Of a stretch of 64,000 nucleotides of DNA, positions 20,801-29,742 are shown one piece after another. The first letter of the stretch is position 1, and every line of letters begins with the position of its first letter. This DNA comes from Gemmatales bacterium (GTDB taxonomy: Bacteria; Planctomycetota; Planctomycetia; Gemmatales; HRBIN36). The position numbers were made by a program, and so were the translations under genes. The stretch spans positions 148,773-212,772 of the forward strand of contig JBEPZY010000003.1 of assembly GCA_041640595.1 (NCBI GenBank), given 5' to 3'. Under the pieces are notes generated by a model. The model was not told the origin of the DNA. It did no database searches and saw nothing but the letters and a program-made list of their open reading frames with translations.

Positions 20801-23211
20801 TAGTTTACCTGCCGACGTTCTCGGAGGTGGATATCATCCTGGATACGTTTCCTTTCGGCGGGCACACCATGACCTGCGAGGCTTTGTGGATGGGCGTGCC
20901 TCTGGTTACTTATTACGGGAAATGGCCATGTGGTCGGCTCTCGGCCAGCGTATTGACCAGCATTGGAGCGACCGATTGGATCGCGCGAAGTTTCGAGCAA
21001 TATATAGATATTGCTTGCTCACTAGCAGGTAACCCGCAAGAGCTGGCAAAACACAGACGGCAATTAAGACAGCGTGTGGAGCAGGCCTTATGCAACGGGG
21101 AAAAGTTTGTGCGGCAGCTGGAAGAGATTTATCGCCGCATGTGGCGGGAATATTGTCGGACACAGGGACTGCGCATTTCGGCAGATCAAGGGATTCGCCC
21201 ATTTCTGCACCCGCAACAGATTCAAGAGAACCGCGAAACCTTCGCTAGCTTAGATCGTGTATTAGCTGAAGCTGAGCAATTCCTCCAGCAAGGGCGATAC
21301 GCAGACGCGGAAGCTGCTTATCGGCGAATTCTGAATAGCGAACCCCGTTGCCCATCTGCCTGGCGCGGTTTAGGCCATCTCGCCGCGTTAGCCGGTCATC
21401 TTCAAGGTGCGGCGGAATGCTTAGCCCGGGCCATTCAGGGTGCTGTGGATAATCCGTTTTTCGCGGCCCAGTGTCATTTCGAACTGGCGCAACTTTATCG
21501 CCGGGCTGGACGACTTCCCGAAGCACTCGAACATGTCCGTCAGGCACTCGCACTCAGCCCTAATCAACCCCCGTTGCTTCGCTTTCTAGGCTCGGTCTGT
21601 TTTGATTTAGGGCTCTCTGCCCAGGCGGTGGAAGCTTATCGCGCTTATTTAGAACAACGCCCACACGATGCCGAAACGTGGAATGATCTGGGCAACGCAT
21701 TTCGACAGATGGAGCGCAATGAGGAGGCCATCGCGGCTTATCGTCGAGCCTTGGATATTAAACCTAATCTGAGCCCGGCTCTGGCGAACATTGCCAACCT
21801 GCTTGCCGAAGAGGGCCACACCGAGGAAGCACGGGAACATTATCGTCGCGCTTATGTGCATCAGCCACTGAACCGCCTGCGTTTCTTATCCGAGACCACG
21901 TTGCCGGTGATCTATACTTCAATGGAACACCTGTATGAAACGCGAGCCGCCCTGGAAAAATCTATCCGCCAGCTTATCGAGGAACGTGTATTTATAGACC
22001 CCACGCAAGAGCTGTTTCCGACTCACTTTTACCTTGCCTATCAGGGGATGAATGACCGTGAGCTGCACCAGCTAATCGCGCGTTTAGGAAATGGCCCACG
22101 AAAATTACAACTGCCGGAACCCCATCGGCCAGGACGAAACAGGAAAATCAAGATCGGCTTTTTGTCGCGTTACTTGCAAACGCACACCATCGGGCAGCTC
22201 AATATAGGTCTTATCAGCCACCTCGATCGCAGTCGCTTCGATGTGTATGTGCTATCGTTGTCTCCGCCGGATAAATATCTTGGCCAGCGGTTCCGCGAGG
22301 TAGCGGATTATTATTTAGTGCTGCCGCCGCAAATTCCGTCTGCATTGCAACAGCTAGTGCAGCTAGGGCTGGATATCCTTTATTATCCCGATATCGGCAT
22401 GGATGCGATGAGCTACACGCTGGCGTTCAGCCGACTTGCTCCGGTGCAGTGTTGCAGTTGGGGACATCCGGTGACGACGGGTTTGCCGACCATGGATTAC
22501 TTTGTTTCCAGCGCTACTGCGGAGACTGCTGAAGCGGATGATCATTACAGCGAAAAGTTGTTGCGCCTGAGCCGGCTAAACGTCGTGTATGAGAGACCGA
22601 AGCTCGTGGGCCGGCAACCTGACCGCCAGGAATTTGGTTTACCCCAGCACGGGCACATTTACCTGTGCCCGCAAACGCTGTTCAAGTTCCATCCGGAGTT
22701 CGACAACCTCCTGGCGGAAATTTTGCGACGTGATCCGGCCGGCTGGCTGGTGTTGATTGAGGGCAAGTTCAAAAACTGGACGGAGCTGCTGCTGGCGCGA
22801 TTTCGCCGAACTATGCCGGACGTGGTGGAGCGTGTGCATTTTGTCTCCAAGCTCCCGCGGGACGATTTCCTTCGCCTGCTGACACTGGCCGACGTGATGA
22901 TTGACCCAATTCATTTCGGCGGTGGCAACACCAGCTACGAGGCTCTGGCGCTGGCGGTGCCGATCGTCACCTGGCCTTCACCATTTCTGCGATGTCGGCT
23001 CACTCTGGCCATGTACCGGCAGATGGATTTCATGGATTTGGTGGCGACCAGCGCAGCGGAGTATGTAGAAAAAGCGGTACGGATCGCGACGGATGCGGAA
23101 TATCGGGAGCATGTTCGTCAGGCTATCCGCGAACGAGCCGATGTCCTTTACGACGACCGTGCCGTGGTTCGTGAACTGGAAGGCTATTTCGAACAGTGGG
23201 TACGCGGCTGA
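17857..23211 (+). CDS. TPR-containing GT41 (OGT/SPINDLY-like) glycosyltransferase with three catalytic modules
   Basis: Three TPR blocks, each followed by a GT41 module (LRIGYVSPD twice, IKIGFLS once; DILVDL; APVQ; GHP/GYPxTGL; ESLWMGVP). GTG start with AGGAG RBS. Confidence 0.9.
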   Translation: MNAEHWVEQGRKHHTAGRWRDAEICYRQALALDPRHVEALHLLGLLAHQAGHSEDAIQLIRQALDIQPHYAIAWNNLATIYHDRQQLRFAHECLERALQLQPDYATAHNNLGEIYKALGHVRKALDCYRRALACDPNFLAARSNYLMTLLYDPDQELSSFLEEVQRWGNYPVPRHLASQKRWSLNTNPHRRLRIGYVSPDFRKHAVMRFFLPILEAHDPDQVEVYLYAQIPAADAVSERLRKLASGWRVISLLSAAEVARLIQQDHIDILVDLAGHTRRNRLDVFALQPAPVQCTYLGYPGPTGLPTIRFRFGDAYLFPDAAPTWHTEEIVRLNSGFFAFAPPDNAPEVSSLPCLDNGYITFGSHHPLIKLNDRVLRLYKQVLDAVPHSKLLFFRDQLRDWALEDFQKRLAAIGLSPDRLIIASPTAEEIDYLRTYHRVDIVLDAFPFTGHTMTCESLWMGVPVLTLSGDRPWSRLSRSVLERLGLQEWITYTPDEFVERARELAAQSERLASLRARLRSLILQRLTNGSTVARDLEDAYRRLWQEWCAQHEPRATQTISVPSQETPDATTVVTPEPENVTNVVVSDIPNTAETWHERGLALAEEKKFSEAIECFRQALSLRPNYLIAELNLGMCYKNLGYLDEAARIFRNCIDKYPGDPAPLIQLAATYKQLNRLDDGLTCLRQACRISPPFGPAWHNYLVYLNYHPRSKPEEIYQAHRQWGERAAVPLVRKFTNALDPERPLRIGYVSPDLYEHPVSRFIEPILRHHNKAEFAVYVYAGVRRPDRVTRRLQELADCWRDIVRLSTEQIADQIRADRIDILVDLTGHYADNYLAVFAQQPAPVQVTWLGYPHTTGLSTIHYRLTDRVLNPHEEPPYATERLVYLEGGFSCFQPPQPAPEISPPPCLETGMITFGSHHDLKKLNDDVYWVWSKILKRVPNSRLLFFRSSHMPPIQDHLRRKFRAYGIEPERIVVRQPPFGDLVYLPTFSEVDIILDTFPFGGHTMTCEALWMGVPLVTYYGKWPCGRLSASVLTSIGATDWIARSFEQYIDIACSLAGNPQELAKHRRQLRQRVEQALCNGEKFVRQLEEIYRRMWREYCRTQGLRISADQGIRPFLHPQQIQENRETFASLDRVLAEAEQFLQQGRYADAEAAYRRILNSEPRCPSAWRGLGHLAALAGHLQGAAECLARAIQGAVDNPFFAAQCHFELAQLYRRAGRLPEALEHVRQALALSPNQPPLLRFLGSVCFDLGLSAQAVEAYRAYLEQRPHDAETWNDLGNAFRQMERNEEAIAAYRRALDIKPNLSPALANIANLLAEEGHTEEAREHYRRAYVHQPLNRLRFLSETTLPVIYTSMEHLYETRAALEKSIRQLIEERVFIDPTQELFPTHFYLAYQGMNDRELHQLIARLGNGPRKLQLPEPHRPGRNRKIKIGFLSRYLQTHTIGQLNIGLISHLDRSRFDVYVLSLSPPDKYLGQRFREVADYYLVLPPQIPSALQQLVQLGLDILYYPDIGMDAMSYTLAFSRLAPVQCCSWGHPVTTGLPTMDYFVSSATAETAEADDHYSEKLLRLSRLNVVYERPKLVGRQPDRQEFGLPQHGHIYLCPQTLFKFHPEFDNLLAEILRRDPAGWLVLIEGKFKNWTELLLARFRRTMPDVVERVHFVSKLPRDDFLRLLTLADVMIDPIHFGGGNTSYEALALAVPIVTWPSPFLRCRLTLAMYRQMDFMDLVATSAAEYVEKAVRIATDAEYREHVRQAIRERADVLYDDRAVVRELEGYFEQWVRG

Positions 23212-23428
23212 ACTTGCTTGGAGCAGCGTATTTTAGGTACGAACGAAGGCCCGCCGAGTGCTCAGGTACGCGGCTAAACTGGCTTAGAGAAACCCCGAGT
23301 GGTTTGGGAGATGCGCCTGTGCACATGGCTGCGCACGCAGTAAAGCTTGCTTCGAGCAACGGCGGAGGCTTCGTTGGGACTAAGCTCGTCTGCCGCCAAG
23401 TGTACAGCCAATTTTGCTTCGAGCAACG
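23199..23428. repeat. degenerate four-copy repeat with ~65-67-bp period
   Basis: GGTACGCGGCT(G/A)AACT(T/G)GCTT(G/A)GAG at 23199 and 23265; TTGCTTCGAGCAACG at 23347 and 23414. Confidence 0.6.
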
Positions 23429-23972
23429 CCCGGAAATTGTGCAACGTTGCCAGCGGTTGTGGCAAGCAGAAACCGCCTGTCCATTGTTAGCGACTGGGTG
23501 ATTTGGTGGAAGAAGCAGGACTGGAGAATGTAACGTAATAAGCAGGAAAGCCGAAGTGTTCTATCTTCGTCGTGGAAGAGGCAATTTTCGAAGGATTTAC
23601 GGCGGCTCGGTCTTGAGGAAGGCTGCAATGTCAGGCATTCCCTAGCGACCAGGGGTCGGGCTCGCGCATACGGCCAAACACGCTTACAGCGCGAATAATA
23701 CAGCTTTTGGCCTGCCAAATCTTATGTTTGCCGCGGGTCAGGCACTCGTGCATGGTGAGAGACTTGTTTGCGCAGACGGAGGGAAAATTGACGAGACCCA
23801 GCGGAGCTTAGCCGTGTCAGGTTCGAAGAATTGGCGTGTGTAGGCAACATGGCTGAAAGAAAGGATATAGGAAAGTGCCATTTCATCGAACGCGGCCAGA
23901 AATTTTGTTGAAGGCAGAGTTCGGCACGATAAGTGCGACTTGCTTAGAATGCGACTTGGGGAGGTTACGGCC

Positions 23973-24224
23973 ATGTGGAGTGCAACGGAAGCAGCGACGG
24001 TGTATGCTTTTCCAGAAGTCAGCGAAGAGGAATTGGAGGCATTGCAAACGCGCCTGCAGGCTTTGCTGGGCCATGCTGTGCGGGAGTTGCGTCTCAGCTG
24101 GGAAGGAAACGGGGTTGTGCTGCAAGGAAGGGCGAAACGCTTTTACGCCAAGCAATTGGCCCAAACGATGTTACAACGACTGTGCGAACATCCCATTCTG
24201 GCGAACCGCATCGAGGTGGATTAG
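23973..24224 (+). CDS. small BON-like domain protein
   Basis: VVLQGRAKRFYAKQLAQ...NRIEV, typical of planctomycete BON-like proteins; GGGGAGG RBS. Confidence 0.8.
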   Translation: MWSATEAATVYAFPEVSEEELEALQTRLQALLGHAVRELRLSWEGNGVVLQGRAKRFYAKQLAQTMLQRLCEHPILANRIEVD

Positions 24225-24225
24225 C

Positions 24226-25068
24226 TTACGCGGTTTGGCAAAATTCTCGTATGAGCGTGCTGAACTCGCTCTCTTTCTCAAACATGGGAAGGTGCCCGCA
24301 TTCGGGGAGAATTTCGACCCGGGCTTGCGGCAAATGTCGAGCGAAAAGCTGAGCGTAAACCGGCGGGATGAGTCGATCATCTGCCCCCCAGAGGATCAGA
24401 ACGGGACAGCGAATCCGGTGCAATCGTGCGGCTAGTTTCGGGTTATACGGGCGTTCCCACACCAGGCGTGCCAAAGTCCGCAGAGCACGGTAGGCGGCGA
24501 TAAGTGTCTCTTCGTTTACCTCTTTCAGGTCGCGCAGGATGAGCCTGGCCATGGGGCCGTCCGGATCGTGGAAAAGAAGCTGGCGAAGTTTCGGCGTGTC
24601 CTGCACATAGCGAAACAGGTCAGCGTAAGGATGCTCGTCCAGCCACAATCCTGGCGAGTCAGCAAACCAGAGCCGGCGAACACGTTCGGGCCAGCGCAGG
24701 GCAAATTCGATAGCGATCCAGCCACCAAGACTGACGCCGCCGAGATTGATTTCGCGCAGTCCAAGCTGGTCGAACAGTTCCGCGTAGTGCAGGGCAAAAT
24801 CCTCGATGCAATCCATGCCGTCCAGGCCAGTGCTTTCCGCGAACCCTGGATGAGCCGGGGCGTAAACGTGAAACTCGCGAGCCCAGTTATCGAGAAAAGG
24901 CAGCCAGGTAGTTTCGCCGAGGGCACTGTGAAGGTAAACCAGCGGGGGCCCGGTTCCGCCATGCCACAACTGCACCTGTCGGCCGGGAAGCTCGACCATT
25001 TCTTTTTTGCCACGGCGTGACAGTAAGACGCGGGCTCCGTAAGCCAGTTGCTGGAGTTTGTCGAACAT
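24226..25068 (-). CDS. alpha/beta hydrolase
   Basis: GVSLGG nucleophile elbow, WGADDRL and CGHLP motifs. Confidence 0.9.
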   Translation of the reverse strand: MFDKLQQLAYGARVLLSRRGKKEMVELPGRQVQLWHGGTGPPLVYLHSALGETTWLPFLDNWAREFHVYAPAHPGFAESTGLDGMDCIEDFALHYAELFDQLGLREINLGGVSLGGWIAIEFALRWPERVRRLWFADSPGLWLDEHPYADLFRYVQDTPKLRQLLFHDPDGPMARLILRDLKEVNEETLIAAYRALRTLARLVWERPYNPKLAARLHRIRCPVLILWGADDRLIPPVYAQLFARHLPQARVEILPECGHLPMFEKESEFSTLIREFCQTA

Positions 25069-25071
25069 GGT

Positions 25072-26442
25072 CTAAGGCTTGGCGGGGGTCGGCGTGCCGA
25101 CGATCTGCATTTGTGTGGAAAGCCAGAATGGCTGGTCGCCGTCACGAAATTCCAGTTCGCCGAACAAAGCCCGGCAGCCCGTCTTGGGGACATCCACCTG
25201 GCTGATGAGGCGATGCTGATTGGCTGGAAGCGGAAGGCCGCGGGAAGTCCAGGTTGCGTTGCGAAAATCCCGGGTAGGAGCGTCGGCTACCCAGAGTCGA
25301 GCCGCCACCGGAACGGCAGCTGTTCTGCCAGCGGCGTCCGTTGCGGTTATTTCCCAGGTAATTTCCAGGGTAGCGGTGCTGGCATCGGCAGTGTGTTTCC
25401 AGGTGAATTTCGGCATGGGTTGGCCATTGGCCTGCTTTCGTACAAACGCGCTGAGCGTGTACACCGATCGCCGCAACTGTGCGGTGGGGTCCAGGGCTTT
25501 GCGGTCGCGCAAATCGTGGCCGGCATTGGGAACGTAAAGCACCCATTTCTCTCCGGGCAAACCATCCCAATAAAGGTTCAGGGCATCGCTGGCCCAGTAC
25601 GGATCGTTGCTACCGAGCACGATTAACTTGGGTACGGTAAATTTTTGCCGGTACACATAAGGGTCCACCATGCTCCAGAGCTTTTTGGCGCGCTCGGTCT
25701 GCGGCATGGGGATCAGGCCGGCGTCAATGTAATCGCGGAGCATGGTGCTATAACCGCCGAGACTTTTGACCTGCCAGGCGAGCTGTTCGGGCATGTTGAG
25801 CACATCAATCACCATGGGAGCAATCGCAACCACGCGGGGGTCTTGCAAACTTGCCGTCAGCCAGGTTGTCCAACCACGCTTGGAGGCACCGGATACGACA
25901 AAGTGTCGCACCTCGGTTTTCCATTCCTGGCGGGCGAAGGCTTGCAAAGCGTCCATAGCCCGCACCACGCTTTTTACCATGGGGAACAGAAGAGGCCAGT
26001 TTTCGTCCCCGCTCTGCAAATAGCGCACGAAAGTTTCCGCGATCAGGGCATCTTCCCGTTTATTGCCGAGCAGTGGCTGATTAGGAATGTCGTAGAGGAA
26101 TGCCACCGGTACCTGTGCCAGACGGGAAATTTCCAATCCTGCGATGATGGCGACCGGATTTGGTTTGCCACCAGTCACCCAGATCAACATGGTCGGTTTC
26201 GGCGGAACATTTTTGGCCAGGTACACTTGCACGGCGTGCTCCCAGACAATGTCTTGCCACTTCTGCGAAGTGAGATGGAGCGTAAACACGGTGCCCGTTT
26301 CGTTGCTGGTATGGTTGACCGATCGCCAGGCAAACTCGGCATCCGGTTTTCGGACGTAATCCGCCAGGTCGGCAGATGAAGGCGCGACCGACCACCAGAA
26401 CATAGCCCCGGCGACAATTGCACCGCCAAACCACCATCGCAT
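25072..26442 (-). CDS. PqaA (PhoPQ-activated pathogenicity-related) family exported protein
   Basis: Signal peptide; LTSQKW, PNQPL, EDALIA, GASKRGWTTW and VPNAGH motifs. Confidence 0.88.
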   Translation of the reverse strand: MRWWFGGAIVAGAMFWWSVAPSSADLADYVRKPDAEFAWRSVNHTSNETGTVFTLHLTSQKWQDIVWEHAVQVYLAKNVPPKPTMLIWVTGGKPNPVAIIAGLEISRLAQVPVAFLYDIPNQPLLGNKREDALIAETFVRYLQSGDENWPLLFPMVKSVVRAMDALQAFARQEWKTEVRHFVVSGASKRGWTTWLTASLQDPRVVAIAPMVIDVLNMPEQLAWQVKSLGGYSTMLRDYIDAGLIPMPQTERAKKLWSMVDPYVYRQKFTVPKLIVLGSNDPYWASDALNLYWDGLPGEKWVLYVPNAGHDLRDRKALDPTAQLRRSVYTLSAFVRKQANGQPMPKFTWKHTADASTATLEITWEITATDAAGRTAAVPVAARLWVADAPTRDFRNATWTSRGLPLPANQHRLISQVDVPKTGCRALFGELEFRDGDQPFWLSTQMQIVGTPTPAKP

Positions 26443-26627
26443 AGCTTGCTCCTGTTGCTGGCTGGGAAGATGCACCTGCGACGTCCGGTCAGCTCGGCAT
26501 TTTCAGCAAATACGTTTGCCCGCCGAGCTACCACCCCTTTCCTATACCCTACTGGCACCGGCCCGGTTTTGCCAGACTGTACCGGTTCGCGGCCGGTCGA
26601 ACGGAATTGCCGCGTTTCGAGCCCGCG

Positions 26628-27077
26628 TCAGGAAGTCAACACTTTCTCAAAAATCACCAGGTTGTCGCCGCGGTCGGGGTCCCAGCGAATGCCGACGATG
26701 TCGTATTCCTTGGCGATAGCCAGATGGAGCATGGCGCGATGCTGATTATGGCATTCCATGCGCACCGACTCGTAACCTTGCTGCCGGGCGAATTCGTGCA
26801 CTGTTTCCATCAACCGCGAGCCAATGCCCAACCCGCGATATTCAGGAAGCACGCCGTAAAACCACGAAAAGAAGACCGTGGGTTTCAATTCAAAGCCCAG
26901 GAAGAAGCCTACCGGTTCGCGGCGAATGCGTGCAACCAACCGCAAAACGTTCCAGCGTCCCCGAAATCGCCGCTCAAACGATTGCAGGTCGCGGGGCGGG
27001 CGAAAAATGCGGTTGTACAGCTCCACAATCACTGGCATCTCTTCCGGGCTGACAATATCAATTTCTGCATGGGTCAT
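26628..27077 (-). CDS. GNAT family N-acetyltransferase
   Basis: GVLPEYRGLGIG acetyl-CoA binding motif. Confidence 0.9.
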   Translation of the reverse strand: MTHAEIDIVSPEEMPVIVELYNRIFRPPRDLQSFERRFRGRWNVLRLVARIRREPVGFFLGFELKPTVFFSWFYGVLPEYRGLGIGSRLMETVHEFARQQGYESVRMECHNQHRAMLHLAIAKEYDIVGIRWDPDRGDNLVIFEKVLTS

Positions 27078-27154
27078 GTTTCCGCCCTCGCTTAAAGTGC
27101 CCTCAGGAACTCAGCGCTCGCCACGACGGACATCCGATTGATAATACGTCGGCA

Positions 27155-27250
27155 CTCGGTTCCGGACAATGCGAACCGAGCACTCGGTATGCTGGCTGCC
27201 AGCGCGTGTCAGTCCGTCTCGTTTCCGCACAATGCGAACCAAGCACCCGG
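27155..27250. repeat. 33-bp imperfect direct repeat pair upstream of the GNAT gene
   Basis: CTCG(G/T)TTCCG(G/C)ACAATGCGAACC(G/A)AGCAC(T/C)CGG at 27155-27187 and 27218-27250. Confidence 0.8.
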
Positions 27251-27726
27251 CAGGTCAGCGAAGCCGATTATCGGCTGCGTCCGGCCCAGGCTTTCGGCTA
27301 AACAAGCGTTGCGGACTGTATTGAAAGCGGCGAGGCTATTCGCTGGCCCAACCGGTACCGGACATGTGACCGACTCATCCACTGCAAGCTCTTTGCGAAG
27401 CCCCCGCAGCACACCTGCGAGCAAAACCGGGCGATCGCGAGTGCCGGGCACCATCTGAACGGATTTGCCGTTTCATTTTAGAGCGTGCCTCCTGCCTGCG
27501 ATTGGCGTCCATGCAAGTAACTTACCTGCATCAAACTCCGCGGGCAAGCTCGGTTCAGCAAGCTGAAGAAATAACTACGACGGGTTACGCCAGGGCGAGC
27601 CGTTTCCAACTCCACCGGCACTTCCAGTTCAGCAAGGCGACCCGGTAGCGGCGGAGATAAGCGCACTGCCAGCGCGAGCCGCTTCAATCACCGCGACCGA
27701 TCTCGCGTCAGCAAGACATCGGAAGC

Positions 27727-29448
27727 TTACTTGCGGAACAAACTGGCGAGCAGTTCGTAAATTTGGCCGCCCATCATGCCCGGTTCATGGTAGTACAGGG
27801 CGCTGCGGACTAATTCAAACAGGAGCAGCCCGGCGAAAACCAGCACCAGCGTCGTGGGCACGTGCACCAGCGCCCATAATCCCCAATCGGCTGGGGCTAC
27901 CTCCACATAGCGCACCACCGGGCCTTCTTCAGGCACAGCAACGACTTCTGCTTCTGGCTCTTCCACGATCAGCTGGCTTGGTTCTTCAAACGCGGAGTCC
28001 GCATCAACGACTTCGCTCAACTCTTCCAAATCGCCGGCACCTTCGACCAGAAGCGTCTGCTCATCCGCACCGGCTTCTTCATCAATAACCACTTCGGTGG
28101 GACGATCATTTTCCGAATCGCCCGCGGGTTGTTCCTCGTCCACCAGTTGCAGATCGTAGTCGGAAGTTTCTTCGAGTTCGGTGTCCGATTCCTGCAGCGA
28201 CTTCGAGGCTCCACTTTTAGCCGCTGTGCCCAACAATTCCGTGTCCACTTCCGAATCGTCCTCTTGAACGCTCAACTCAAATTCGCTGCTGGAGTCGGGC
28301 GTGCGTTTGGCGGATTCTGGTCGCGGAGTTACTTCGGTGGATTCCTCGTCGAGGGAAAGCTCGAACGAGAGCTCTTCCGTACCCTCGGCTTCGGTCTCGC
28401 CGGACTCCAGTGCCAGCGATTGATTGCTGGAGCTGTCCGCGGCGGGGCCAGTGCCTGCCTCGGCAGGTTCCTCTTCCTTGATGCGGAAGGTGCTGCCTTC
28501 CGGATCTTGCTCATCCAATTTCAGCTCAAATTCGCTCCCCTGGCCCTCAAATTCGGTGCTCTCATCCTGCAAGGCTTTTGCCGCTACTTGTTCCTCGCTG
28601 CTCTCAGACACGGCTGCGGCAGCTTCTTCAGCCTTGCGCAACTCGGCATCGAGGTCCACTTCCAGCTGCAAAGTGGACTCCGAACCTTCGGGCGAACGTT
28701 GCTCGGCCTGCACACCGCTGTCCGGTTTGGCGCCGGAGCGGCGATCCGGTTCGAGGCGAATTTGACTGTCTCGCCTGGCGCTTACCTGTTGCACCACCTC
28801 GGGCGGTGCTTCCACATCCACCAGCCGCACATCACTGTCGCTTTCCACATCCAATCGTGAAAGCCGGGGTTGTGGCCGCTGTTCTGCAGGAGCAGCAGGT
28901 TCCAGACGCACCTGACTTTCCGGTTTTTGTTTGCCGCTGCTCGGTTTAGACGGTGGTTTGTCTCCTTCGAGAGGCAATACTTCGAGGTTGATGTCGCTGC
29001 CTTCCGGCACCAGCCGAACATCGCTATCGGAGCCTGGAGCTTTGGGTCCTTGGGCCAGAAGACTCATCAAATCCACCTGACCGCCACCGGGCTGTTCCGG
29101 TGTGATGTCGAAGGGGAAAACATCCGCTCCCGCTAGCATGGTGGCTCGACTCTCCGGTGACCCGGAGGCAGGAGGACGCGGCGATTGGCCGGGTGCGGGA
29201 GTCCGGGGGCCGTTTTTATCGGCTGGAACGGATGGTTTCGGCGTCTTCGGTCCCTGAGCTTCCAGTTCGGAGGAACTGGCCAATCCTAAGCGCCGTGCCA
29301 GGTCATCTACTTCGCTCGCTCGGAAACGCCAGGTGCCGCGGTCCATGAACGCTCGCACTTCGCCCCGCTGGGCCATCTGTCGCAATTTGTCCGGCGTAAC
29401 ATTCAGCTTCGCCGCCGCTTCTTCCAGCGTATAAAACGTTTCTGGCAT
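27727..29448 (-). CDS. excisionase-type HTH protein with long acidic disordered linker and C-terminal TM helix
   Basis: FYTLEEAAAKL...RAFMDRGTWRFRASEV N-terminal HTH; E/D/S/P-rich middle; hydrophobic C-terminal helix. Confidence 0.85.
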   Translation of the reverse strand: MPETFYTLEEAAAKLNVTPDKLRQMAQRGEVRAFMDRGTWRFRASEVDDLARRLGLASSSELEAQGPKTPKPSVPADKNGPRTPAPGQSPRPPASGSPESRATMLAGADVFPFDITPEQPGGGQVDLMSLLAQGPKAPGSDSDVRLVPEGSDINLEVLPLEGDKPPSKPSSGKQKPESQVRLEPAAPAEQRPQPRLSRLDVESDSDVRLVDVEAPPEVVQQVSARRDSQIRLEPDRRSGAKPDSGVQAEQRSPEGSESTLQLEVDLDAELRKAEEAAAAVSESSEEQVAAKALQDESTEFEGQGSEFELKLDEQDPEGSTFRIKEEEPAEAGTGPAADSSSNQSLALESGETEAEGTEELSFELSLDEESTEVTPRPESAKRTPDSSSEFELSVQEDDSEVDTELLGTAAKSGASKSLQESDTELEETSDYDLQLVDEEQPAGDSENDRPTEVVIDEEAGADEQTLLVEGAGDLEELSEVVDADSAFEEPSQLIVEEPEAEVVAVPEEGPVVRYVEVAPADWGLWALVHVPTTLVLVFAGLLLFELVRSALYYHEPGMMGGQIYELLASLFRK

Positions 29449-29742
29449 GATTTGTTCCCCCCGCTGCTGTCGTCCTGATTCAGATAGCCAATCGCCTCCA
29501 GCCGCGCGGACTCTTTACACACTCAGTGACACCAGCCATATCCCGCGCAGAGGCTTCACAGGTATTGTAACTGCCCCATTTCTACTAGCAAGAGCCTTAG
29601 CACAGGCTGGCATTCACAAAACTTCTCTCACTTTGGCAAGATTTAGCAAATGCGCACTGTGTAGCGACTTTGCTACAGCTTGCCCGGACGTTTGCCGTGT
29701 CGCAGCAATGGATGCTCAACGGGCGACCGGGCTTATGACGGC

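Noticed and set aside
27727..29448. Prophage or ICE excisionase
   Set aside because: The HTH is fused to a long membrane-anchored protein, and no integrase or phage genes are in the window.
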